From NCBI GenBank assembly GCA_965202585.1, contig OZ241829.1, positions 61,566,001 to 61,630,000 of the forward strand: DNA of 64,000 nucleotides. The letters are read 5' to 3'. The DNA comes from Thalia democratica (taxonomy: Eukaryota). The notes below the pieces were generated by a model that was not told the DNA's origin, did no database searches, and saw only the letters and a list, made by a program, of their open reading frames with translations. Below, piece by piece: positions 47,585 to 60,400 of the stretch (position 1 is its first letter; every line of letters starts with the position of its first letter). Both the position numbers and the translations under genes were made by a program.

Positions 47585-50106
47585 ATAGTATCCCTAGTAT
47601 ACGTTTTGTGAAGCTTAGTGCAAAAATTATTTCTCCTTATCTTTCTAAATTGTATAATAAATTTGTTGAGTATGGTGTGTTTCCAGATTCGCTCAAATTT
47701 GCTGAGGTAATCCCAATTTATAAATCTGGTAAAAAAAATGACAAAAATAACTACAGACCTATTTCTCTTTTATCCCCATTTTCAAAAATTTTTGAGTTTT
47801 TAGTGTGTGAGAGGTTGAAAAAATTCTTTTTGTTGAATGAGGTACTGCATGAGAAACAATATGGGTTTAGAGAAAATAGTACGACTGAACTGGCTGTGAA
47901 TCAGATTGTTGATGAGTTAATTGAGGCTGGTGAAAAAAATTGATAAATTGCTCTGTATTTTTGGATTTGGCTAAAGCTTTTAACATGGTAAATCACAAAA
48001 TTTTAATATCTAAACTTAAAAACTATAATATGAAAGGTACAATGTTAAATTTATTAAAAGACTATTTAAATGATAGAAGCCAATCAACTGTCATAAATAA
48101 TGTTGTGTCTGAGCGTGAAATTGTGAATGTTGGAATACCACAAGGTTCTTGTTTGGGTCCTTTGTTGTTTCTTGTGTATATTAATGATATTTTTTACTCT
48201 ACTGAGATAAATATGAGATTGTTTGCTGATGATGCCTGCTTGAGCTACCAACATAGTGACCCTGAGTATTTAAATGAAGTTATTAATAAAGAGCTGGTTA
48301 AAGTTGATAAATGGTTGCGTGATAATAAACTTTTTATTAATTATTAAAAAACAAAATTTTTGCTTTTCAATAAAACTTCAAAAAGTTGTGAATTTAGTGT
48401 GAATGTTAATGGTTTTCTTATTGAGCAGAGTGATAGTATAAAATACTTGGGTGTGGTTTTGGATGAAAAGCTGAATTGGAAGAAACATTTGAGTTCTCTG
48501 AAATCGAAATTGTCTAGGAGTTGTTATGTTTTGTCAAAATTGAGATATTATTTGGATACGAGTACTTTGATAATGGTGTATTATAGTTTGTTTTATCCGC
48601 ACATCCAATATTGTATATCTGCTTGGGGTGGTGCTGCTGACTGTTACTTAAAACCAATTGTTTGTATGCAAAAAAGAGTAATTAGGTATGTTTGTCGTGT
48701 GCCTGCCTTGACTACAACAAACCCTTTGTTTAAAAAAACTGGTGTACTAAAATTAAATGATGTGTATAGATTGCAAATTTGTAAGTTGATGCGTAATACT
48801 ATAACAGGATTTGATGTAGAACAAATAGATTTACACTTGCTAGCTCTGTGACTCACACAATACAAGATTTTCAAAGAAAAAGAATTTTATAACTGAAAGA
48901 CATAGAACAAGACTTGGCCTAAACTGCTTTAGGTATTTGGGTCCCAAGTTTTGGTCTAGTGTCCCTGAAACTTTTAAAAACTTAAAAAAAGATTGTTTTA
49001 AATTTAAATAAAAAAAATTTTTGTTGAATAACTACAAGGAGTAGATCTAGAGTGCTTCTGCAAGTATGTTTTTGTTTGTGTTGAAATTTGGTTGATGTTA
49101 TTGGGGCATCAGATTGTGGTGTGTTGGTCTTTATTTTCTGAATGTCCTGTTAATGTAAGAGTGATTGTTATAAATTATTGAAATAAATTTTGTTTATTGT
49201 TAATATATTTTATTTGTTTTTTTATTTTGTTATTGTGTTAGATTTAAGATAGTTCATTTCATTTATTAATTTTTTATTTATATATATTTTATTTATTTTA
49301 TTTTTTTTATTTTATTAGATATTATAGGTAAAACTTTAAATTTAGTACAAAATGTTTATTTTTTTTTAGTTTGTTTATTTATTTAATATCTATTTTATTT
49401 ATTATACTTACTTATTTTATTTATTTGTTTATTTATTTATTTTTTTTTTTTGAGTTTTGAACCAAGTTAATACTAAAAAAAGTTGTAAAACACTTATTAT
49501 TTTATTGATTTTAGTGTTAATGTATACATATATTTTATTTATTTTAATACAAATAGTTACTTTTTTTCCTACTTACAGTTTTTCTTTAGTCTAGCTTGTT
49601 TTTTCTAGAACTAAATACTTTAAATTAGATATTGGTTTATCTGAGTTTGCAACAGCTGATTGTGAGTTCACACTGGTGGCAGTGATCACATGATTGGATT
49701 GTTGATGTGTTTTTTGTTGTAGCGCCGGTGGATACTTACTTGGGGATTTGAGCTTCATCGTTTTCCCACACTTTGTGGTTTTTGATGTTGAGATTTTAGC
49801 CTTGTGAGTGTTTGCCAAATGGCGTGTCACCAAGGGTTTTGTTTTTTGAATAAAGGGTTAGGATTAGTTTTTTATTTTTGGTTAGTTAAACAATTTTGTT
49901 TTGTTTTTTTTTGTTTTTAGACAGGTTTAGTTTTATTTTTAATCAAAAAGTAATTTTTTTTTTCTTAGTAAATTTAAAAGATAGGGCAGGTGGAATAACA
50001 CGTGATGAGCTGAAACTCACTTGCATGACCTTCAGAAAACGTTTATCGTTGTAGAGGGGAGAGTGGGTTTCTTCTGATGTTTTTCTACCTTTAAAAAAAA
50101 AAAAAA
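47585..50106 (+). mobile_element. 5'-truncated, inactivated CR1-group (Crack/L2-like) non-LTR retrotransposon with long 3' UTR and poly(A)
   Basis: RT motifs NYRPISLLSPFSKIFE, QYGFR, FLDLAKAF, GIPQGSCLGPLLF, LFADD, KYLGV, YYSLFYPHIQYCISAWG, FRYLGPKFWSSVP. Frameshift near 47940, stop near 48345, frameshift near 48830, ORF ends at 49044, A-run at 50093-50106. Assignment of 49045-50106 as 3' UTR is inference. Confidence 0.9.
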
Positions 50107-51422
50107 TAATAATTACAGAATTAGTTAGCTATTTAAAAAACTATCTTAAATCATAAAACATTCAAGTTTAATAAAAAACGACAATTTAAAATTATCTAAA
50201 ATTTATTCTATGCTAGATAAAGAAACTTATTTGTTTTCTTTGGAACGGAGTCTGGCATTGGGGTTGGTGACATAGATGTCCAATTGGCTGGCGTGTTCCA
50301 CAATTGATTCAATTTTCAAGATTTGTTATTTTTTTCTCTACCATTTAATTTTAATGTTTTATTAAAATAGCAATTTATCAATAATTATGTAAATTTACAT
50401 TTTTGGCATAGTCTTCTTAGTTAAAGAAAAGTTCTGAGTTTTGTATCACATTTTCAAGGTAGCCCTTAACCTAGAATCCTGGTTTAACCTAGTGTTTTTA
50501 ATAATTTTTATATGTCAGATATTAAAAACAAAATATCAACTGTACAGAGTTGCTAAAAAACCTGGAATTTGACAATTTAAGCTAAAAACTGATTAAAACC
50601 TAAATCTAAGTCAATGAATTCAATAGGTTCTTAATAGAAGGCAAAAACCAAAATAGCTAAAAAAGACAATTTCACTGTAAATCTATTTTTTCCTTTAATT
50701 TTTTACCAAGATAATTCAAATTTTTGTATTTTAATCTATTACTAATAATTAAATCTATTTAAAGCAGATTTTTTTTAATTTAAAAATATAAAATCTTTGA
50801 CATATTTTTTTGTTTATTTTAAATAAATTTTTATTTAGAAAACAACCCAAAATTCAAGTTCTTTTAAACTATAAAAGGAATGTTTCTAAAGTTTTTGGTC
50901 TTTAGCTCAAAAAATGAAAAAGAATATAGATTTTTAGTGAATTTTTATATTTTTTTGAAAATTGATGTTGAGAAAATTGCAGTCTATACGTTTGTATAAA
51001 AAACTTTTTATACTAATGTCTATATCTTAAAAACTAAATAAAGTCTTATGTTCTATACAAACTGGCTTGTTTTTTTATATAGCTATTAGCTTTTATATAA
51101 GAGTCAATATTTAAAAAAAAATGTTGGACTCCCACTTTGTGGCATTGAATTTTTGTTACAAAACTTTCTACATCTTCACAGTTAATTAGATTGTTTTAAT
51201 TTGTAAAACGTTTCTTGTAATTCATACTTCAAGCTTTCATAAAAAAGTAGATGTTAAATGTTGTAGAAAATGTCTTCACCTCTCCTATGGCCTTAATTAG
51301 TTATCACCAAGTAGTTTTTAGTATAAAAACCTAAAACTTATTTAACTATACTGTTTTCTTTAGAAAAAATACTTATGAAATACATGAACTTTTGACTTAA
51401 AAAGAAAATTAAATATACAAAA

Positions 51423-54400
51423 ATGTCATCTCCAACGTCTGGATCTGGCAAAAAGCGCAGAGTAGTTTCAGGATGCAACTCAAGTCCAACTATTGCTGCT
51501 ATTTCATCCAATCAACAGGCTTCCGTTCTAGCTTCATCTAGACAACTTTTTGATGCATGTAGAAGTGGTGACCTTAGTAAAGTTAGTTTTTCATAAAGTA
51601 TATAGCAAGTAAAACAGAAAGTTAGTTTTTTAATAAAAATGTCTTTAAAAGTAGTCAATAAATATATATAAATCTACTCAGTTACTGCTTTGTATTAAAA
51701 CAAAAGTCAGTTTTATTTTTTTTTAAGAAATGCATTGACTACCCAATGGCCTTGAGTTAACATTAGTAAAAATGGATAAATTTTTAAAGTACACTCTTTT
51801 AGTTGGTACCCATAGTATTTAGTGTGTTTAATAAACTGTGGGTAGCATATTATTACATAGAAAGTAATTTATGTTGTTATTCTTATTTTATATCTTAAAG
51901 ACTTTTTGAATTATAAATAGAAACATTTAAAAATATATAAATTTACAGTTACTCAAAAATGGTTACGTGACAGTTCAGATTCTGACACTTTAAATTCTTA
52001 AAAAATATTTAAAATGCCATATCTAAAAATTTGGTATACATTTGAAAAATAAAAAAAGGGGTTTTAGATATGATTAATATGATCATGATTGTAAAAAGTT
52101 AAAAAATATGTTTATTAAAAGACTGAGGGGTTAGGGGTAACAGTGAATAAAAAACAAAAGGTTACTGACCGAGGGTAAGTTAGGGGTAACAATGATAGTA
52201 AAATAAATGTAAAAACAAAAATTATAAAAAAATAAAGTGTCAGTGCAAAGTTATCTGCTTGTGCAAAAGTGTCTTCGTGCAAAAGTGTCTTTGTGCAATT
52301 TAGTCCCCTTGTGCAAAAATGTTTAACACACAGAAACATGTGTTAGTGTAATAAAGAAAGAGTACTGTTTAACTTTGTTAATATTATGTTGAAACTAAGT
52401 ATATTAGCAACTCAATACATACCATAAGTTTTTAATACTAAAAATTTTGTACTCTAAAAATGTAAATAAACAAGAGCCTGTAGCTAAACTAGTGCATAGA
52501 TTTGCAAGAGGTGACTGTACTTGTTTTATAAATATCTTCTAGAAAGTATGTAATATTTTGCAATGTAAAATTAAAACTTCAGTAAATAATTGAAAAGGTT
52601 GCAATCCATTTTTATATACAGGGTTGCCACTTTACCTGGAAAGCTTGAAAAGCCTGGAATTTGACATTTTAGGCAACAAAAAAACATGGAACAACCTGGA
52701 ATGTTGAACAAAGTCACTGAAAAGACCTGGAATTTTAACAATTTTCATATGTTCAGTAGTAAAACTTTGGTTTGACTCAAATCGATCATATAAATAAAAA
52801 ATATTTCGTCATCATCAAAATTTTTTTTAAATTAAAAAAACATTTAAAGTAGCTTTACAGTATCTTTTCAATGGTTTTACACCATTTTACACAGTTTCTT
52901 ACCTTAAACTTAACTTTAAACTAAAAATAGACCCAAAAATGTGTACTTTTAAAAAATCTGGAAAAAAATTTGAAAAAGCCAGTGCAACCTTGTATAGATA
53001 TTTTTAATATTTTTACTTTTTGAGATATGGTACCTTAAGCTTTTTTTTAAGTACTTGATTTTTCTGAAATTGCAAAAAAATCAAAATAACAATTGTTTAT
53101 TAAAAAACAAACATTTTAATTCTTATTCTAATAGAATCAAATAGAAATAGATTCTATTTGAATAAGAATTGAAAATGTTTGTTTTTTAATAAACAAAAGA
53201 TCTCTTCAAAGCCTTTGTATAAGATTGAGACTGGTTTTTTTAATGGTTCTAACCATTTTTTGTTTTTGTTTATCTAAAATTCAATCCTGTCTGATCTTTA
53301 AAATCAAAAGAGGAAGACTACCTTCATCCCATTTTAATTTAACATTTAAAAAAGACTAAGTTTTTTAATTTAAGTTTAATGGTATTGGTATTTCTTTATA
53401 TTTAAGCAACAGTTTTTAATCAAGTTTTTGTATTCAGGTAAAAATGCTGGTAACAACTAGCAACGTTAACGGCAGAGACATGGAAGGCAGAAAATCAACA
53501 CCGCTGCATTTTGCTGCAGGATTTGGGAGAAAAGATGTTGTGGAGCATCTGCTGCAATACGGTGCAAACGTGCATGCAAAAGATGACGGGGGACTCATAC
53601 CTCTGCACAACGCTTGCTCCTTTGGTCATGCTGATGTTGTCACTGTTAGTTGTTAAAATTGAAAAACTTTTGTTTATAGGATTGTTGCCACTGTATTCTT
53701 GAAGGGCTATGAAGTTTTACAGTTTTATAATTTCTGAATCTTTAAATATTGTTTAATCTAAAAATTGTTAACAAACACTTAAATTTATATTTTTAATAGT
53801 TAAATCTAAATTATAATTTTTTTTTGATTTTTGTACAGTTACTAGCAGGGTTCCAAAAACTGCCTCTTTTATTAGATATTATCCCTTCTTAGATCTTGCT
53901 CTTACTAGTTATTGCCCCCTAATATGGCCTTTTTGTGAAACCCAGGTTTAGAATTTACATCAGGCAGGGTTCGTGCGCGTCAGGCTAAATTAGTTTTTTT
54001 GAAAAAAGATGAAAAACGTCAGGCTAAATCAGTCTTTTTATTTAAAAAATTGAGAATCTCAGTTTTTCTCAGTTCAAATGTTTGAAAATTTTTGATTAAA
54101 AAAAGTTGAGAAATCTTTTTAAGATCAAATTGAGATGTGAATTTATTTCTAAATAAAGATTCAGTTATTAAATCAAAATCAGTCAGTATTTGTAAAAAGA
54201 AACGCTTAAAACCTTTTGTTGAATCTCTAAAAAACTTTTAAGAATCTTCATTATTTTGTTTTGAGTAGATTATATATGGCATAATTATGAAAATTTATAA
54301 AAAAAATACAGTTTTTACATTAAAGTTTAGTTCAACAACTAAGCTGTTTGTTTGAATTTGTTTACATATCTATGTTTTTCAGAGCTTAGTTGGTTGAACT

Positions 54401-57400
54401 GTTTTAATTTCTAATTTAAAGACTGTTTACCAAATAATTTTTATATCAAAACTCTTAGCAGTTTAATCATATATTTTACTGTTTGTTTAAAGTTATTAGA
54501 GATATTCACAACACTAAAACTTAGCTTTAAGATATAAGTACTAAGTTTTGTGGGAGTACAAATTCTAGGTACAATTCATTTTCTTTACAATAACAAAACA
54601 TTAAAGTTTTTTTATTTATTTAAGTATAAACTTTTTTTATTTGATACGACATCAACAATCACTATATTTATTTAGAGTTTAGGATTTATAATTATAAATC
54701 AAATTTAAGTATTAGTCAAAGTACTATAATAAACACTTTTTACTTATTTTATTACTCGTGTAAGCGTTTCATTTTAAATTTTAATAAAACATGACACTGC
54801 TTGTTGTTTTGTTATAGATTTTCTGGTTATAATGTTTTTACTTAGTGCTTAATTGAATTGAACGATTATGTTTAGTAATATATATTAAATTTTTACACTA
54901 GTAATAGATTAGATATAACACTTATTTTAAAACTTATCACTGAATTTATTATGTTAAGGGCATAGGGAGGGGGGGGTAAATCTCCTTTTTCACAATTTAG
55001 TTTTATTTTATTGAGTTGTAACTAAGCTACGACTTGCTTTTTGCTGATTTTTAAAGCATAAAATGTTTTTGAGATAAAGCTAGTTGAAGTCGGAGACTAC
55101 AATAGTACTAATCAAGACCCCCCCAATACCTAAAATGACTTCTAAAGGGAATTTCCCTTACTTTGAAAAAATGTCAGGCTAAATTAATCTCAATCAGGCT
55201 AAATAAAAAAAAAATTCGCGCACAAACCCTGATCAGGACAAAATACTTAAAGCAGGATTGACAAAAAACCTAAAATCCTAGAACAAAAAGTGATTCGAAA
55301 TAAATTTGTAAAAGACCTGAAATAAATAAAAAATCTAAAAGACCGGGATTATTAAAAAAATTTTCATGTAAAATAATTAAACTTAAATTAGATATAAAGA
55401 GTTTTTCATGTAAAAAAATGTAGTTTTTAGAACTTTATTCACTATATGGCATGTTTAAAATACCATTACAGTATATTTTAAACATTTTCATACTATTTGA
55501 ATCATTTTAATGCTTTTAATTTAATTTTTTAACTAATATTGACAAAGACTTTTTTTTTTAAACCTGGAAGGAGTTTAGAAAACCTAAAACAATTTTCAAA
55601 AAACGTTTTGAATTCTTGTAAATAGCATGCTAAAACCAGTAAATACCAAGCAAAAATATTATAATTCTATGACTGCCGAAAATTTTTAAATTGCCTCCCC
55701 CGTACTATTTATTTGCACCTTTAGGAAACCCTGCACTGATTTGAACTATTTCTACGTTTTCTTGAATAAAAATTTGAAAAAGTGTTTTGTATTGCTAACA
55801 TACCTACTTTAAATGAATAAAGGTGAATTAAGAAAATTCAAATTTTACAAAATGTTTTCAAACTTAAAATATTTACAGAAGTTACTATTAAATACTTCTA
55901 TTATTACATTGCTTTGAAAATATATTGCCCGTAACAGATATTGTCGTTGAAATGTAATTTTTATAATCTTAATAATCAGTAGTGTATATTATTAAAATAA
56001 AATCGTTTTGCTGTTTTACCACTTCATATGGTCTGAATAAATTGCTCAAAAACCAATTGTGGAAAATTAATTATTTCCTAAAAAACATTTATTACTTTTT
56101 TCTTTATTTAATTGTGAGTAACCAGTAAGACTTATTTATTAATATTTACTTTATGTTTTTTTTTTAAACCAAGATTATTGGTTATTAATTATTTTCTGAA
56201 GTAAGAACTTTAGTTCAAATTTTATAAAAAATAGCAAATTCAAATAACTAAACAGATATATTTAGTTTTGAAAAATGTTTCTTTTACAATTCTATGTGTC
56301 CTTTTTTCATTATCAGTTTTGTAATAATTAAAAAAGTTAAGTATCTGTTTACTTTTTAATTTTTTTAGCTGTAGACCACAAATTAAGGAAATGCTCTATG
56401 TGGTATTTTCAAAAATTTTTGAGCACAAAAAAAAGCTTTTATTTTCTGACCAACAGCAGAAAAAAGTCAACTTTTTTACTTATACTTGAATTTAGTTATA
56501 TACTCTTTTAGAATAACTTTTTTGAATTTTTATAAAGGTTCTTAAATGAAAAAGTTTAAAACTGTTACTCAAAAGTTATAAAATATAGATTTTTAGGAAA
56601 GTAGTATTTTTTTTTGCCTTTCTACTTTGTGGCATCCATGAGGAGCCTATGATACTTTCGAACTTTAATTGTTTGTATTTTAAAAGTTAAACATATGAAT
56701 TATTGAAAAAGAATAAACAACTATTGACTTATTTATCAACGTAAAAAATCAACGGATTAATTAATTTTTGTGGGTATTTATTTTGTTTTGACAAGGAAAT
56801 TAGTTAAATTTTGAAAGCATTGCTCAATAAACCGTTTAAATGAAAAAAGTTTTGTTATTAGCAATTAATTGGTACATAAAATCATGTAAACACCTTTCGC
56901 TATATTCTAGAAATTAAAATGTATACTGAATAAATTTTAGGTTTAACTTATAGTTATGGGAAATATGAAACTTACGCAATTTAGGTTTACTCAAATGTTT
57001 TAAAATAGCTTCGAGTCTAGCTATTCTAAAATATAACGATAGTTAAAATATTTTGAATTTAATGTGAATAGAACCTGTTTTTATAATAGTAGTAATGTTG
57101 TTATTAAGATTATTAATAGTCTAATGCTCTGAAATATAACTTAAACGAAATATTTTCAGTTGCTACTGAAAGCTGGAGCGGACGCAAACTCGCAGGACAA
57201 TTGGAAATACACTCCGCTGCACGAAGCCGCAATCAAGGGAAAAGTGGACGTGTGCGTGGTTCTACTGCAGAATAAAGCCGACGTGCTAGTCAACAACTCC
57301 GACAACAAAACTCCCTTCGACGTTGCTGATAACACCGTCAAGGTTTGTGTTTAGACAATTTATCACATTAGTTGATTGCTATGTTTATCGCCTCAGCTTG

Positions 57401-60400
57401 TTTATCAAATAAGATGTTTTTTCTACAGTAATTCTATTTTTCTTAAACTAAAAACATGTCTGAGTTATATGCATAAACAAGTGTATTTAACATTAAACTC
57501 AACAATTGAAAACTTTTCAATTTGTTTAATGTGCTATAACATAAAACTTAACTAGTCTCAATTTAAACAAAACATCTGATAACAAAATCAACAACTTTAC
57601 AATGCCACAGGCGGTGTTGTCTGGCGACTTTAAGAAGGACGAGCTGTTGGAAGCGGCCAGGACTGGAAACGAGCAAACATTGCAGCAGTACTTGACACCG
57701 CTCAACGTAAACTGCCACGCTTGCGACGGCAGGAAAAGCACACCGTTGCATCTGGCTGCTGGATACAACCGGGTTCGTGTTCAATTTAAACATGTGTGGT
57801 GTGACTTACGCAGTCATAGTGTTTTTGTGCTGCAGTTTTAAAAACACAGTTTAACAGATTATTATTCGTTTACTAAACTATAAGTATACTTTACTTTTCA
57901 ATAAACTGTTAAATTTTACCGCAGACGAGGATTGTGTCGATGTTGCTGCAGCAGGGCGCCGACGTTCACGCCAAAGACAAAGGCGGTTTGGTGCCGCTTC
58001 ACAATGCTTGCTCGTACGGACATTTTGAAGTGAGTTTCATAAATTTGCCATTATTTGGAAACGAATTAATATTGTAATTTTGTTGTCAGAACATTTGTTG
58101 TTTAGTATGTTATGGTTTTGGCCTTGCTTTATAATTGCTCATTTGTTTTTTTTCTTCAACTGCTAGCTTAAAATAGTTGAAAATGTTTGTTACTTTAATA
58201 AACGTTTATAAGTTTATATACTGAATATAAACAAAACAATTTTACCTTTGTAGTTGATTAATCTACACAGTTTTTCATGCACAGGTAAAGTGTTCACAAT
58301 AATAAACTCATACTAATGCTGCATATAGCAGGTTGAGATGGCTAAGTTTTTCTTTAGTTTAAGCATATGCATAAAAACTGTTTTCATTTTAAATGAACCA
58401 TTCACACGCCGGCCTTATAATGTGACGTAATAATAGTGCAATTACTTTCGCCGGCCTTGCTATTAGCTATAATTTGACCGTTTTGCACGGAAATGCTTTC
58501 ACAGTGAGTTGCCTTAATTATCTGTTTTTGTTTATAGTTCAATGTTTTATTTTAGTTCAATACATATCTTTCACAATTTTTTTTTTTACTTTAAAAAGTA
58601 ATCTTGGTTCTTATGATTTATCGTATTGTTCTTATTACAGATTATAAAAAATGTTTTTTGTTAAGTAATAAGTTAAGTTAGCAAGACGACTTTCAACTAA
58701 CCTTTTTATTAGAGACTAAACGTAAATTATTTATGGTAAAACCTTTTACTTAAAATCATTAGAATAATTTATTTAGGCTGCATGAAGTAAGATTTATAGA
58801 CAAATTTATAATTGAAATTGAAAAATTATTAAAATGTATAACTTTCTGTAATGTAAACTTGGTTTTCTTTATTATATTTTGTAAAGTCATTCTTTTTTAG
58901 TTTTATTATTGAATTTAATAAACTCTTTGATTATGTATTTTTATTTACTAATTTGAAAGTTGTTATTACTATAGCTGTGTGACTGTAACATAAAAATTAA
59001 AATTTTAATAAATGATAAAGTCAAAAACTATTTAACTTCAAAAGAAAATTCTATTGGTTAATGTTATTTTACATATTTTTTTTAAGAGTTTTTTGTTCAC
59101 ATATCTTTAAGGTAGATATATAAGTTCAAATTACAGACTGTTCGTAAATTTTTACTAAGTAAAGTCTACTCTTCATTTTATTTTTACTATATAAAAAATA
59201 TCTGAAAAACTTTTATTGATAGTTTAGTTTATTTCATTTCAAACTAAAGTAAAAAGGTAAGTTAATCAAAAAAATTTTAACTGTATACATACAGTGTTGC
59301 AAAAAAACCTTGAACCCTGGAAAAACCTAGAGTTTGATAATTTAGAAAGTAAATATTTAGAACTTTTGAAATTTGAAAAAATAAAAAACTTGAAAAACCC
59401 TGAATCTTTAAGAGTTTTGACGTGTAAAGTTATAAAATTTAGATTAAATACGAAACATTTATTATGTGAAATAATAAGCACGTTTGAAGCAGCCTTGGAG
59501 TATCTTTTCAGTATTTTCACACTACCGAGCACAGTTTTTATATTTCCACAACTTCTCACAGGTAGCCGAGTTGCTGATCAAGCACGGAGGCGAGGTGAAC
59601 GCGGTGGACTTGTGGCAGTTCACTCCGCTGCACGAGTCCGCTTCGAAGAACCGGGTTGAGGTTTGCTCCTTGTTGCTGTGCCACAACGCCGACCCCACCT
59701 TGGTCAACTGCCACAACAAGACTGCTTGCGATGTGGCCGCTAACAAGTTCGTTTTATTTTGTTTTTTTTGGTTTGTTTTTGTATTAGAACAACAGTGATC
59801 TTCCTCTCAAGCAACTCAAAAATGCGTACTCGACAAGGAATGTATGTTAGCTGAAAAATAGGGATTTTCCTCTCATGTACGCATTTCGAACGCACCTCAA
59901 AAATGCGTATAATGCGACCTCAATAATGCGACAATAATAAATATTAGCTGAAAGTTTTGCTCTGGAAACGCTTTTGAATAAGCAAGTAGTTTGTGATTAA
60001 CTCATTTATATGTGTGCTTGTTCAATTTTTTTTATTTCTTGTTTGCGTTGTCTTCTAACAAAAAACTGCACCATTAAAGTTTGATGAACTAATGGGATAA
60101 AAATATATTATTGTTTGTTAATAAAGAATTATTGTAATATAATGAGTATAAAGGAAGTAAGAAACAATTTTAAAATTTTACTGCTAAATTTACATATAAT
60201 TTAACATGGTGTTTAGTCTATAGTTCATATCAATGAGTACAATAAAGTTATATTCAAATAGAATAGCATTATAATAAATATTAAAACTGATGATCCCAAT
60301 GAGGATAAAAATTCTATTGTAACAAAATTTTGCTTAATTAAAATTGTATTTTTCTCCTCGATAAAAGATGAAGTGGAAAACTCAATTTTTTTTTGTTTAC

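Noticed and set aside
49591-49833. 80-aa minus-strand ORF
   Set aside because: Lies in the presumed LINE 3' UTR; no motif or splice support
50002-50016. Hammerhead-like TGATGAG..GAAAC
   Set aside because: Lacks the C of CUGANGA and has no room for stem II; lies in the LINE 3' UTR
59294-59559. K/L/N-rich ORF extensions upstream of tankyrase exon 6 and the opposite-strand ORF
   Set aside because: Open frames through a MITE remnant; the real acceptor is at 59560-59561
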